The translations under genes and the position numbers were made by a program. This document shows, piece by piece, positions 11,901 to 25,853 of a stretch of DNA of 64,000 bases (position 1 is the first letter of the stretch; the number at the start of each line of letters is the position of its first letter). The stretch comes from Octopus sinensis (taxonomy: Eukaryota), in NCBI RefSeq assembly GCF_006345805.1, contig NC_042999.1:5022001-5086000 (forward strand), given 5' to 3'. A model generated the notes under the pieces. It worked only from the letters and a program-made list of their open reading frames with translations, did not search any database and was not told the DNA's origin.

Positions 11901-14900
11901 ATGGAAAGTGGATGTTAAACGATGATGATTTCTAACAAGAAAAGCAATACATTTACCTGAGTTTATAAATCAGTAAAATGGTTTTTTAATAAGAGGGGAA
12001 TCCGAATACTTACCTCTATGTCAACATCATTAACATACAAGAGAAGATCGTGTAATAACTCAGTCCGGCCATTAACGGCCAACCAATGGATCTGTAAAAG
12101 AAGAACAGACAGAAATTAGAATGGTGCAAGTATGGCAGAGTGGTTAGGCTGCTTGCTTGCCAACAATATGGTTCCAGGTTCAGTCCCAATGCATGGCACA
12201 TTGAGTGTGTGTCTTCCACCGGAGCCCCAGGAAGACCAAAGCCATGAGAATGAATTTGGTAGGCAGAAACAGAAAGAAATGAGTTGTGTGTGTGTCTCTC
12301 TCTCTCTCTCTGTATGTTTGTTGGTGTCTCTTAGTCTTGACATTGTGGGATTATTGCAAGGCATTGTAACCAAATTCGATGACTGGCACCTGTGCCAATG
12401 GAGTGCTAACAGCTCCATCCGAGCGGGATCACTGCCAGAGCAGCTGTCTGGCTTCCGTGCCGGTGGGCACATAAAAAGCACCATTTGAGCATGATTGTTA
12501 CCAGTGTCACCATACTGGCACTTGTACCGGTGGCACGTGAACAAAACATTCGAGCGAGGTCGTTGCCAGTGCCACTGGACTGACTCCTGGGCAGGTGGCA
12601 CATAAAAAACACCATTTGAGCATGGCCGTTTCCAGTACCGCCTGACTGCCCCTTATGCCGGTGGCATGTAGAAGCACCCACTACACTCTCAGAGTGGTTG
12701 ACGTTAGGAAGGGCATCCAGCTGGAGAAACTCTGCCAGATCAGATTGGAGCCTGGTGAAGCCATCTGGTTTGCCAGTCCTCAGTCAAATCGTCCAACCCA
12801 TGCTAGCGATGATGATGATGACTGTTGTGCAATGGCAATGTCACTGAAACCCAGTCTCAAGTGAAAACATGTCTGGCAAGGAGGAAAGATTACCTTGATT
12901 GGAATCAGGTGAGGGTGAGCAACAGGAAGGGCATCCAGCTGTTGAAAATCTACCCTGATGAATTCTGCCAATCCCATACAACCATGGAAAGGGGATGTTA
13001 AAATGATGATGAGATTTAGGCTCAGGAAAGCTCCTTCACTTGGATGTACACACAGACAGACATTGATCAGTAATGCATTAGGTCATCAACAGGCATGAAT
13101 ACACACACACATACATACAGTGGTATCTTTCTGTTTCTCTCTACCAAATTCATTCACAAGGTTTTGGTCAACCCAAGGCTACAGTAGAAAACATTTCATT
13201 AAGGTGCCCACCACATAAAAAGTACTCATGCTGGCATCGCAGAGAAAGCATCAGTGCTGGTATCACATAAGAAGCTTCCAGTCCACTCTGTAAAGTGGTT
13301 GGCATTTGGAAGGGCATCCAGCCGTAAAAACCTTACCAAAGCTGACTTCACCTGTGCTTGTGTCACATAAAAAGCACTAAGTCCACTCTGTAAAGTGGTT
13401 GGCATTTGGAAGGGCATCCAGCTGTAAAAACCTCACCAAAGCTAACTTCACCTGTGCTTGTGTCACATAAAAAGCACTAAGTCCACTCTGTAAAGTGGGT
13501 GGCATTTGGAAGGGTATCCAGGTGTAAAAACCTTACCAAAGCTAACTTCACCTGTGCTTGTGTCACATAAAAAGCACTAAGTCCACTCTGTAAAGTGGTT
13601 GGCATTTGGAAGGGTATCCAGCTGTAAAAACCTTACCAAAGCTGACTTCACCTGTGCTTGTGCCACATAAAAAGCTCCCAGTGCACTCTGTAAAGTGGTT
13701 GGCATTAGGAAGGGAATCCAACCATAGAAGCCATGCCAAAACAGACAACTGGAAGCTGGTGCAGCTCTCTGGCTGGTCAGCTCCAGTCAAACCCTTGCCA
13801 GCATGAAAAAGGGACACTAAATGATGATGATGTTAACATAGTTGGGAAGCAAACATCTTAACCACAAACCCAGCACATTCAAGAAGCCTTCAATCATTGT
13901 TCTGTTAGTCGTAGATATCCAAGAAGTGTTCACACTCACCGTTGTAAGCCCTTCGTTATTTCTAATGTTGATGTCAGCATCATGTTCTAGCAGTTTGTTA
14001 AGACATTTCCTTTTGCTGAAGAGAAAAAGAAAAAAAAATAAATAAACAGGAAATACATTTATCATCAACCCCCAACCCCTTGACCCTTGTTCTTCATTCA
14101 TTATATTCATCCTCTTATAGGCACAGGAGTGGCTGGGTGGTAAGTAGCTTGCTTACCAACCACATGGTTCTGGGTTCAGTCCCACTGCATGGCACCTTGG
14201 GCAAGAGTCTACTATACCCTGGGGCTGACCAAAACCTTGTGAGTGGATTTGGTAGACGGAAACTGAAAGAAGTCCGTTGTATATATGTATGTATGTGTGT
14301 GTGTGTGTGTCTGTGTGTGTATCTGTCTTTGTCCCCACCCAACATCGCTTGACAACCGATGGTGGTGTGTTTACGGCCCTGTAACTTAGCAGTTCAGCAA
14401 AAGAGACCGGTAGAATAAGTACTGGGCTTACAAAAGAATAAGTCCTGGGGTGGATCTGCTCGACTAAAGGCAGTGCTCCAGCATGGCCACAGTCAAATGG
14501 CCGAAACAAGTAAAAGAGTAAAGAGAGTTACCCATTCTATATCTCTAAACCACCCTTACACTCCTTCTGTCCCCACTCACTTCTATTCAACTTGTACTTT
14601 TGAGGATCCACCCTGACATCTCATCACACCGCTATTCTATCCCTTTCCAACTCCACCTCAGTTACCCCACCCCCATGTCTCTACAATGGGACTATGCATA
14701 AAGATCCTCCAGAGCCAGAAACCTCTTCTGTCTTGGGCCACTTCTCTCAATTCAGCCCCTCACCTCCTCACTTAAACCCACTTCCCTTTCTGCTGTAACC
14801 CCAGGCCAATCAAAGAGGATCTTAGTCTTGCATACTACATGATAACTCCACTAGTGCTTGTTGGGGGCCACAAAAAATAAAGCACACAGTACACTCTATA

Positions 14901-17900
14901 AAGTGGTTGATGTTAGGAAGAGTATGCAGTGACAGAAACCATGCCAAACCAGACATTAATGCATGATGCAGTTTTTAGATCCCTTGGACTGGCACGGGGG
15001 CCACTCAGGCGGTACTGGCAATGACCTTGCTCAAATCTTTTTACACATGCCACCGGCACAGGTGCCAATAAGGTGATGCTGGTAACGATCACGCTCGAAT
15101 GGTGCATTTTACGAGCGAGGTCATTGCCAGTACTGCTTGACTGGCCCTCGTGCCGGTGGCACGTAAAAGCACCCACTACACTCTCAGAGTGGTTGGCGTT
15201 ATGAAGGGCATCCATCCATAGAAATTCTGCCAGATAGATCAAGATTGGAGCCTGGTGCAGCCATCTGGTTCGCCAGTCCTCAGCCAAATCGTCCAACCCA
15301 TGCTAGCATGGAAAGTGGATGTTAAATGATGATGATGATAATTGATGGTGATGATGGATCCTGTCAAATCATCCAATCTATGCTAGCATGGAAGATGTAC
15401 ATTAAATGATAATGACGACGACGATGGTGATGATGATGATGATGCAACTTCTGCTTGGCCCAAGAAACCGTGTTGCCAGATTAGCAAACATTATTCAGAA
15501 ATGCCTCAAACAGTCTGAATGACAAAAAAGTCATTAATTCCATTCGGTAATTAAGTGAACATTGTCAAAAGAGGTGTGTCTGTCACTCCAGCAAGTTGAT
15601 CGTAGTAACGATAATCATTATAATTATTCATGATACTGACTCAATTGCTTATCAGATGGAAATATTTACGCTAATTTGCATCTCTGCATCCTGTGAATGT
15701 ACGATGACGAGGTTGAATTAGGATCTGACACAGTAAATATTGTTGGAGTATGATTCTAGGTCATCTCCATTACGGCTGCCACATTCTCTGCTACCATCCT
15801 ACATGTGCACACATCATCATCATCATCATCATGGTTTAACATCCGTCTTTCATGTCAGCATGGGTTAGAGGGTTCAAGAGGGAGCAAAGAGCCAGAGGAC
15901 TGCACAGGGTCCAGTTGTCTGTCAAGGAAGGGTTTCTATGGTTGGATGCCATTCCTAACACCAGCGACTTTACAGAATGGACCGAGTGCTTTTTTTATTT
16001 TGTTTTTCATGGCACCAGCAATAGTCATGATCTCTTCGTTAGTTGCAAGTCTAAGGGCCTGAAGTGGCCCCCATAAATAAGGGAAAACAGAAGAGAGAGT
16101 GAACAATGATTCTAGGTGAGGGAGAACAAATGAGGGAGGGTAGCAAAGTGATACGAAGATAGAGGAGGGGGTAATTACTAATTAGGGGTGGGATATGATG
16201 AGGGAGAGGGAAGCAATTAGTGATAGGAGTTATTGAGCAAAGTGGTGGTGGTGGGGGTATAGAATAGGGAGCCGATGAAGTGGGTTGTGCAAAGGGGGAG
16301 GGCTACAGCTATCCTACATTATAAGGGGTGAGTTTGGGCAGAAGGGATGATGCAAAGATGACAGGAAGGGAGAAATAGATTAGGGTGGAGAGAAATCTTG
16401 AGGAAGTCACTGAAGGAAAAAGCTGGTGAAGGGGTCATAAAGTAGAGTTTTCCTTCTTCAGTCATACTGGCACATAAGGGCCAGTTTCCCTGGTTTCCAT
16501 GGTTTTAAATTAACTCTCCAGAGTTCTATATTTTCTTCTGAGTGGAGATGAATTATTCACATAAATAAAAATGTTAAATTTCCCCCTTGGGGATGGTCAT
16601 TGTATTTTATTTTCACAGAATGTTTAACCCTTTAGCATTTAAAGCAACCGTATTTGACCAAAATATTCTGTTTTATGTTCAAACTGGCCAGTTCTGGCCT
16701 CTCATGTCAACTGTATGGTATTATTCTAAAGTGGAGGCGCAATGGCCCAGTGGTTAGAGCAGCGGACTCGCGGTCATAGGATCGCGGTTTCGATTCCCAG
16801 ACCGGGCGTTGTGAGTGTTTATTGAGCGAAAACACCTAAAAAAGCTCCACGAGGCTCCGGCAGGGATGGTGGTGATCCCTGCTGTACTCTTTCACCACAA
16901 CTTTCTCTCACTCTTACTTCCTGTTTCTGTTGTACCTGTATTTCAAAGGGCCGGCCTTGTCACTCTCTGTGTCACGCTGAATATCCCCGAGAACTACGTT
17001 AAGGGTACACGTGTCTGTGGAGTGCTCAGCCACTTACATATTAATTTCACGAGCAGGCTGTTCCGTTGATCGGATCAACCGGAACCCTCGTCGTCGTAAC
17101 TGACGGAGTGCTTCCATTATTCTAAAACTTTATAATCACATCATTGACATCTTGCTGCTACAAAATAATGCATGATTAATGGCACGTCAAAAGCACCATT
17201 TGAGTGTGGTTGATGCCAGTGCCACCTGACTGGCCCCCGTGCTGATGGCATGTAAAAAGCACCATTCAAGTGTGGTCAATGCTCGTGCCGTCTGACTGGC
17301 CCCCAAGCTGGTGGCATGTAAAAAATCACCCACTACACTCTCAGTGTGGTTGGCATTAGGAAAGGTATCCAGCTGTAGAAGCCTTGCCAGATTAAGGCAG
17401 CCAGCTGGCAGAAACGTTAGCATGCCGGGCGAAATGCTTAGCGGTATTTCATCTGCCGTTACATTCTGAGTTCAAATTCCACCAAGGTCGACTTTGCCTT
17501 TCATCTTTTCGGGGTCGATAAATTAAGTATCAGTTACGCACTGGGGTCAATCTAATCGACTTAATCCCTTTGTCTGTCCTTGTTTGTTCCTTCTATGTTT
17601 GGCCCCTTGTGGGCAATAAAGAAATAAGAAACCTTGCCAGATCAGATCGGAACCTGGTGCAGCCTCCTGGCTTGCCAGTCCTCAGTCAAACCGTCCAACC
17701 CATGCCAGCATGGAAAACGGATGCTAAACGACAATGATGATGATGATGAATGTGACTAAATAAGCATTAGTTTTGACAGAATAATGTGAATGCTAAAAGG
17801 GTTAAAGGTAGGCAGATGTTTATAGAAGGACAAAAACCATTCTCCAGATAGAATAGAAATGACTTACCCATTACGTGCAGCAAGATGTAAAGGAGTGCAT

Positions 17901-20900
17901 CCTGAGACATCCCTGGCGTTGACTGTTGCACCTTTTTTAAGCAGTAGACTTAGGCATTCATAGCTTCCACAGCTGCAAGAGGGAAGAAAAAAGGGAGACA
18001 TTAACTATTTTACAAAACAAAATTTCTTTCTTTTTCTCTTTAAATACACCACTGCCACCACCACCACTATCATCACCATCATAATTAAATGGAATGAAAA
18101 TCTGGTGTTCCTTGAACACCCTTGTGATATTTACTCTGCACTCAGAAACACAAACACTCCCTTGTTATTTTTGCTGCTGTCAGAAATGAAGGGAACCAAT
18201 GATTTGGTCTGGAGAAAATGTGTTAATCACCAAACAATGTTAATCACCAAATGTGATATTAAATTTTTTTTTTAATTGTGTGCTTGAGGAGACCTGAGTC
18301 AAGTACACCAACATCAAAAAAATCAAATGGAAATTGTAGTTGTGATACCCATGCCGGCAGCATGTTAAAAGCACCATCTGGCTTCTGTGCCGGTGGCACA
18401 TAAAATGCACCAACCGATTGTGGCCGTTGCCAGCCTCCCCTGACACCTGTGCTGGTGGCACATAAAAAGTACCCACTACACTCATGGAGTGGTTGGCGTT
18501 AGGAAGGGCATCCAGCTGTAGAAACACTGCCAGATCAGACTGGAGCCTGGTGCAGCCTCCTGGCTTCCCAGACCCCAGTTGAATCGTCCAACCCATGCTA
18601 GCATGGAAAACGGAAGTTAAACGACGACGATGATGATGATGGTGATGATGATGAAAATAATCAGCTGACGTGGTGGAAATTGAACTTACTTGGCAGCAAT
18701 ATGCAGAAGGTTCCGTTGTGCACGTCCACATGCATAATTCACATCAAAGAGAGAATTTTGCAGTAAGTCCAACACGGATCTGCAAAAAAAGAAAATTTTT
18801 TAAAATATTTTTTGAAAGAAGTAAACATACAGGCACGGGCGTGGCTGTGCGGTAAGAAGTTTGCTTCCCAGCCACATGGTTCCGGGTTCAGTCCCACTGC
18901 GTGGCACCTTGGGCAAGTGTCTTCTACTATAGCAAGGGCTGATCAAAGCCTAACAAGGGGATCTGGTGTGTGCGCATATGTGTGTGTGTGTTAGACCCCC
19001 ACACCACCACTTGACATCTGGTGTTGGTGTGTTTACATCCCTGTAACTTAGCAGTTTAGCAGTAAGTACCAGGCTTTAAAAAAATTACTAGGGTTGATTC
19101 ATTTGACTTAAATTCTTCAAAGCGGTGCCCCAGCATGGCCGCAGTCTTATGACAGACACAAGTACAAGACAAAAGATATATTTTTTTCAATACTTTGTGA
19201 AGTGTTCCATATTTTTATGCATTGACATCTTGTCACTAGCATCAGCCCCTACTCCTCTATTGTTTTCAATGCAGGGCCCCATACTTTCGGAAGGGTCTTA
19301 ATCTCTGGTATTGAGTGCATTTTTTTCTTTCTCCTTTTTCCTTGGCCTTTTGTTCTTTCTTCGATGCAACCTCAACGAATGTCAGCGGACAAATGATCAT
19401 CCTGCCAAATTTCCCTTTAAATACTCGCCAGTAGGCTCCAGCTAACTGTCACATGACAACATCTAAGCTTCAACTGACCAATGGAGGTGAACGACACGGA
19501 GTTTTGGCCTGCACCCTCTCTAAACCTGCCTTCCAGTCCAATGCAGGAAAGAAGGGATTTAAGAGCAGAATAGATTCTACACAACTAACAACTGACCTTA
19601 TACAGCCACTCATGGCCTCTACTATTGAAAATCTTTAATAGTATTAACAAATATCCATTCAAAATAGGGAGAGTATTGAGAGTCGGAGCAGGTGACTTAT
19701 GCCATCTTTATGCCAGGTTTCATTAATGTTTTCACACACACCTACCAGGAGAACTTGAATAAGTTTAATCTTTTAATTAGGTTTTCACTGCATTTATTTC
19801 AATTAATTTTGTAAAAATTAAAATAGTTAGTAAAATATCTTAGTCATTATAAACACTTTTGTTAACATATTTCTGTTTTAAAAAAATGCTGCCTTTGTTT
19901 CAATAAATATGAAAATAAAGAATTCGGCAACATAACTTTGTCGTTATTAAGCTGGTGTTTGGAATACGGTGGGGTTTAAGTTCAACGCCATAAGTTAATG
20001 AAATGTTAGCAAACATAACGGTAAATCATGCCTTCGTTTGGTGGTGCTAATTTACAATCATTGAACCTTTGCTAGGGACCCAGAATAACTCTGGAGATGG
20101 AATACAAACCTGTTGTCACTTTGGACTGGCACTTTTACAAATCAATGAAGTGAGACGGTTGAACCCCTGAGAAATATTTTGCATTTTGAAATTTTAGACT
20201 TGAGGAAGTTAATAATTCTTTCTGATTTTGGCATCATACCAGTAATTTTGAAGGGATGGGGGGGACGTTGATTACATCACCCCCTAGTGTTCAACTGGTA
20301 CTTAACAGCTCCAAAAGGATGAATGGCAAAGTCACACACACACATACACTCACACATATTCACATTTACACACACATGCATACATTTACACACTCACTCA
20401 CACATATTCACATGCATACACACAAACATTCACACACAAACACATGCACACACACATACACACACATTCACATGCAAATATGCACATACACACACACATA
20501 CATTCACACACACGTTTATACACACATACATACATTCACACTCTCACACACATACATGCATACATTCACACACACACACATGCACACACACACATACACA
20601 TACATTCACACACATACATGCACATATGCATACATTCACAAACACACATTTACATACACACATACCATACATACATTCACATGCACACACACATACATTC
20701 ACATGCACATTCACACACACACACATTTACATACACACTCACAGACGCATACATTCACACTCACATTTACACACCCACATACACACAGTTACTTACTTGT
20801 GTTGGTTAGCCACCACCATGGTCATAAGCATATAAAATGCAGATCTGTCATCTGTGAAAAAACAAAAAAAAAGAGAGATATTTTGAGATTATTGTGTTTA

Positions 20901-22608
20901 TGGAATACAAAATTTCCTCATAAAAGCAAACATCTTAAAATCATCCCTTAACCCTTTTGTTGCCCTATTTATGTTGAAATATACTGCTTTTATTAAATTT
21001 ATTTTGAAAATAACAAAGAATTTTAGTATGATGGCTGTCATTAAGCCAATGCTTGAAACATGATTTGGTTTCAAATTTTGGCACAAGGCCAGCAATTTTG
21101 GAGAAGGGGTAAGTCAATTACATTGACCCCCAAGTGTTCAACTGGTACTTATTTTATCGACCCTGAAAGGATGAAAGGTAAAGTCGACATTGGCAGAATT
21201 TGAACTCAGAACATAAAGACAAACAAAATGCTGGTTAAGCATTTTGCCTGGTGTGATAATGATTCTGCCAGCTCACCACCTCTGGAATGTAGTTTAACCC
21301 TTTCATTACCAACCCGGCTGAAACCACCTCTGGTTCTGAGTACAAATGTCTTGTTTTCATAAGTTCTGAATTAAAATTTTCCACCAAAAGTCACAATTTA
21401 TGTTCCTAACACTTTACTAAATTCTTTGTCATATTTAAAATTAATTGAAAGAAACAGAGTATCTCAACAGAAATACAGTAACGAAAGGGTTAAAGCCACC
21501 ATGATATTTTTAACCCTTTTGATACTAACTTGGCTGAAACCACCTCTGGCTCTGAGTACAAATGTCTTGTTTTCATAAGTTCTGAATTAAAATCTTCCAC
21601 CAAACCTTAGTCACAATTTATGTTCCTAACACTAGCTGAATGATAACTGAGTTATTTTACTAAATTCTTTGTTATATATATAATTAATTGAAAGAAACAC
21701 AGAGCATCTCAAAATAGATACGGTAACGAAAGGGTTAAAGTCACCATGATATTTTTAACACTTTTGATATCAATCCAGCTGAAACCACCTCTGGTTTTAT
21801 AGTACAAGTGTCTTGTTTTCATAAGTTTTGAATTAAAATCTTCCACCAAACCTTAGTCACAATTTATGTTCCTAACACTAGCTTAATGATAACTAAGTTA
21901 TTTTACTAAATTCTTTGTTATATTTAAAATTAATTGAAAGAAACACAGAGCATCTCAACAGAAATACAGTAACGAAAGGGTTAACATGAAATTTTAAAGG
22001 AAGGTTTAAATTTAGATCACTTGAAACAAGAAGTTCAAATCAAAAAATCATGCCTGATCTTGGGCAGGTCAATACAAAAACAAAAAAAAATTAATATGTC
22101 CACTTTGTCTCCCCCCCCCCACACACACACACACAATAGTATCATCAATAAATGTCAAACATTAAAATGATATTTTATATCTAAATCTGCCTTGTGGTAT
22201 TTAGATTTTGTAATTCTTCGGACATTTCAATTGATTTCAATGTTTTCTCCTGAGAGAGGGGGGAGAAGGAGAGGGAAGAGAGAGAGAGAGGAAGAGAGAG
22301 AGAGAGAGGAAGAGAGAGAGAGGGGGGTGTATACACGCATGCACATAGAGGGCCAAAAAAGTCACTATCTTTTCAATAAACAAAAAAATTTATTTTTAGC
22401 AATCAGAAAAAAAAAATGTCATATTTTATCTAAGATATACATAGGCGTAGGAGTGGCTGTGTGGTAAGTAGCTTTCTTACCAACCACATGGTTCCAGGTT
22501 CAGTCCCACTGCGTGGCACCTCGGGCAAGTGTCTTCTACTATAGCCTCGGGCCGACCAAAGCTTTGTGAGTGGATTTGGTTGACGGAAACTGAAAGAAGC
22601 CCATCGTA

Positions 22609-22688
<80 letters not shown>

Positions 22689-25600
22689 ATATATGGTTGT
22701 GTGTCTGTGTTTGACCCCCCAACATCGCTTGACAACCGATGCTGGTGTGTTTACGTCCCCATAACTTAGCGGTTCAGCAAAAGGACCCGATATAATAAGT
22801 ACTAGGCTTCCAAAGAATAAGTCCTGGGGTCAATGTGCTTGACTAAAGGCAGTGCTCCAGCATGGCCACAGTCAGATGACTGAAAAGAGTAAAAGAATAA
22901 AAGAATTTCATAATTTTACAATGAATTTAGAGAAAGTACTTGGAGGTCTTAAGTTATTAATATTATTGAATAGTAAAAAAAAAATAATAAAAACTGGTAA
23001 AAAAAAAGAAAGGCACTAACAACATTCTGATGACATTAAGAGTCAAATAAAACTAAACTACATGGCATAGGGGAAAAAATCTATTTCGAAGAAAACCTAC
23101 TGCAAATCTGGATGTATCAAATGTGACCAGATCAAATCCTTCATTATTCAGGCATTGATATGGCAGAGAAAGAGTGAGGTAGGTAGATTGATAATAATAA
23201 TAATTAATTCTTTTTTATTGGCCACAAGGGCTGACACACATGATTAGAAAACATAAAGGGACAAAACAGGACGAAAGGTTACAAAGGGTTTTGTCCGTTT
23301 GTGAAAAAATCGTGTAAAAACAGTTTAACAACGAAAGATTGTAAAATAATGAAATTATTGTATACAGTGCTCAGGTGCACCATAACTTGTCAAAAGTGCA
23401 TATAAAGCATATGCAGTAATGTACAAATGTCTGGGAAGTGAACAATGTATGAGTCAGATACATGCTTGCGTGTGTATGGAGGGGAGAAAATCAGGTGTAG
23501 TGTTGGCAAATCTCAGGAAGCATGGAAGTTTTGAAGGATGCAGTGATCCGACAACTAACAACTGATGCCGGCAGTTTGTTCCATGCTTCAGCAACTCTCA
23601 GCGTGAAAAAATGTTTCCGAAAGTCATGGGAGCTGTGCTGTTTTCTGACTTTGTAAACATGTCCACAGATGTTAGATAGGTGGAGTTTGAAAAGGTGCTC
23701 TGAGTTATTGTTTGTAAGATGGGTAATAATTTTATGGGTGTCTGCCAAGTCAGCTGCCAGACGTCGGGGTTTCAATGTATCCAAGCCCAGGGAAGTAAGG
23801 CGTTTAGAATATGGCAAAAGAGATGGTAGGATGAGACAACTGGATATAACTGGATCTAATGTTCATCCTCCGTTACTGGGTGACAAATAGGAATAAGGGC
23901 GAGTGACAGAAAGTGATAGGGTAGAGGTGGGAAAAGCAGATGAACTCTTAATAGGAACTTAATGGTTAGCAGACCCCCAAATATATATTAATACAGTCAA
24001 GCCTCTATCATATCACATTTTTAATGCTCCTTTTTGCCACACTTACACAGGGGTGGAAGCATTTCCTACTTCCCTGTGTGTGGACAATCATCCTTCATGT
24101 GACTCAACATCTTTACCCTCGTTATGTTAAATTCTTGCATTCAACCATTCAGATATAATATGCTAATCATATGCAAATCAGTTCTAACAACCTCTTTCTA
24201 TTGGCCAAAAAATAAAATGTCCTTATTACATTATATGAAGTGTGGAGAATTTCCTTAAGTACCCCACTGTCGAAAGCAAGTTAATTCAGTTCCTGTATCT
24301 TAAATGCCCAAGCACAGAACCAGGACTGTGGAGTCAGAAACAATTAAGGGGGAGTCAGAGTCGGTAAAACTATACTGACTCCGACTGACAATATCTTTAT
24401 TCTTTAATAGAAACCAGTTGTAACATACAGACCTCCTCAAAGTACAAGCATATGCATATGCTTTATAAGATATGTAGACCACAATCACTTAATTACATAA
24501 AGAGGAGTTGGAGTCAAAATCGGAGTCGGAGGTACCAACAGTACAGGAGTCAGAGTCGAGTCGGAGTCGAAACTCTTTGTTTCAACTCCACAGCCCTGCA
24601 CACAACTGAGTATAATTTAGTTCCCATGCTGTTAAAATCAGTCTTCATCTCTCTCCCTTTCTCTGATTTCTTTGTAAGTCTCCATCTCCAAGGCAATTCG
24701 TCCACTTTGAGTGCTTAGTACTTCTTTATACAGCTCACATTTTCATATGCATCAAATGCATATACCACCTGTGCAATTTAATGGACATTAAATGATGGGG
24801 GTGTCCTCGTCATTATTCATCGTTTGTTTTCCATGCTGGTATGGGTTGGACAGTTTGACAGGAGCTGGTAAGCCAAAGAGCTGCACCAGGCTGGCTCCAG
24901 TTGTCTGTTTTGGAATAGTATCTACAGCTGGATGCTCTTCCTGATGCCAACCACACTTTACAGAGTGTACTGGGTGCTATTTACACCAGCACCAGTGCAT
25001 TACACATGTCACCAGCATAAGTGATGTGTGTGTGTTTGGTGTATGTATGTACTCTCTCTTTACTCTTTTACCTGTTTCAGTCATTTGACTGCGGCCATGC
25101 TGGAGCACCACCTTTAGTCAAGCAAATCGACCCCAGGACTTATTCTTTGTAAGCCTAGTACTTATTCTATCGGTCTCCTTTGCTGAACCACTAAATTACG
25201 GGGACATAAACACACTAGCATCGGTTGTTAAGCGATGTTGGGGGGACAAACACAGACACACATATATATACATATACACGATAGGCTTCTTTCAGTTTCC
25301 ATCTACCAAATCCACTCACAAGGCTTTGGTTGGCCTAAGGCTATAGTAGAAGACACTTTCCCAAGGTGCCATGCAATGGGACTGAACCCGGAACCATGTG
25401 GTTGGTAAGCAAGCTACTTACCACACAGCCACTCCTGCACCTATGTATGTATGTATACATTTGATCTAATGTTTAAGGAGACCAAAATCGAAAGAAGATT
25501 CAACAGAAGCAACACAGATGGAGATAACTGCAGAGCAAATGATTGTATTGAAGCAAATTTATAAGATTTAGCAAAGAGACAATGTTGCTACACAGTTGTG

Positions 25601-25815
25601 AGCTTTGTCTGGATCTGATAATATTTAAATCTTTTAACACAGCATAAATTATTTCAAATATATATTTTTTTTTTCAAAGTGTTTATGAACATTTAAACCA
25701 TAGTTGAATTGAATGAAGACAGAATTGAGAAAGACAGAATGAACACAAGAGTTTTCAATGAGGAATGACAAGTGAATTAATTAATGAAAGAAAGAGTGAA
25801 GAAGAGTTACATCAA

Positions 25816-25853
<38 letters not shown>

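Noticed and set aside
16731-16810. tRNA-like heads with A and B boxes (also SINE A and B heads)
   Set aside because: They continue into multi-copy SINE bodies with TSDs and do not form full cloverleaves, so they are not tRNA genes.
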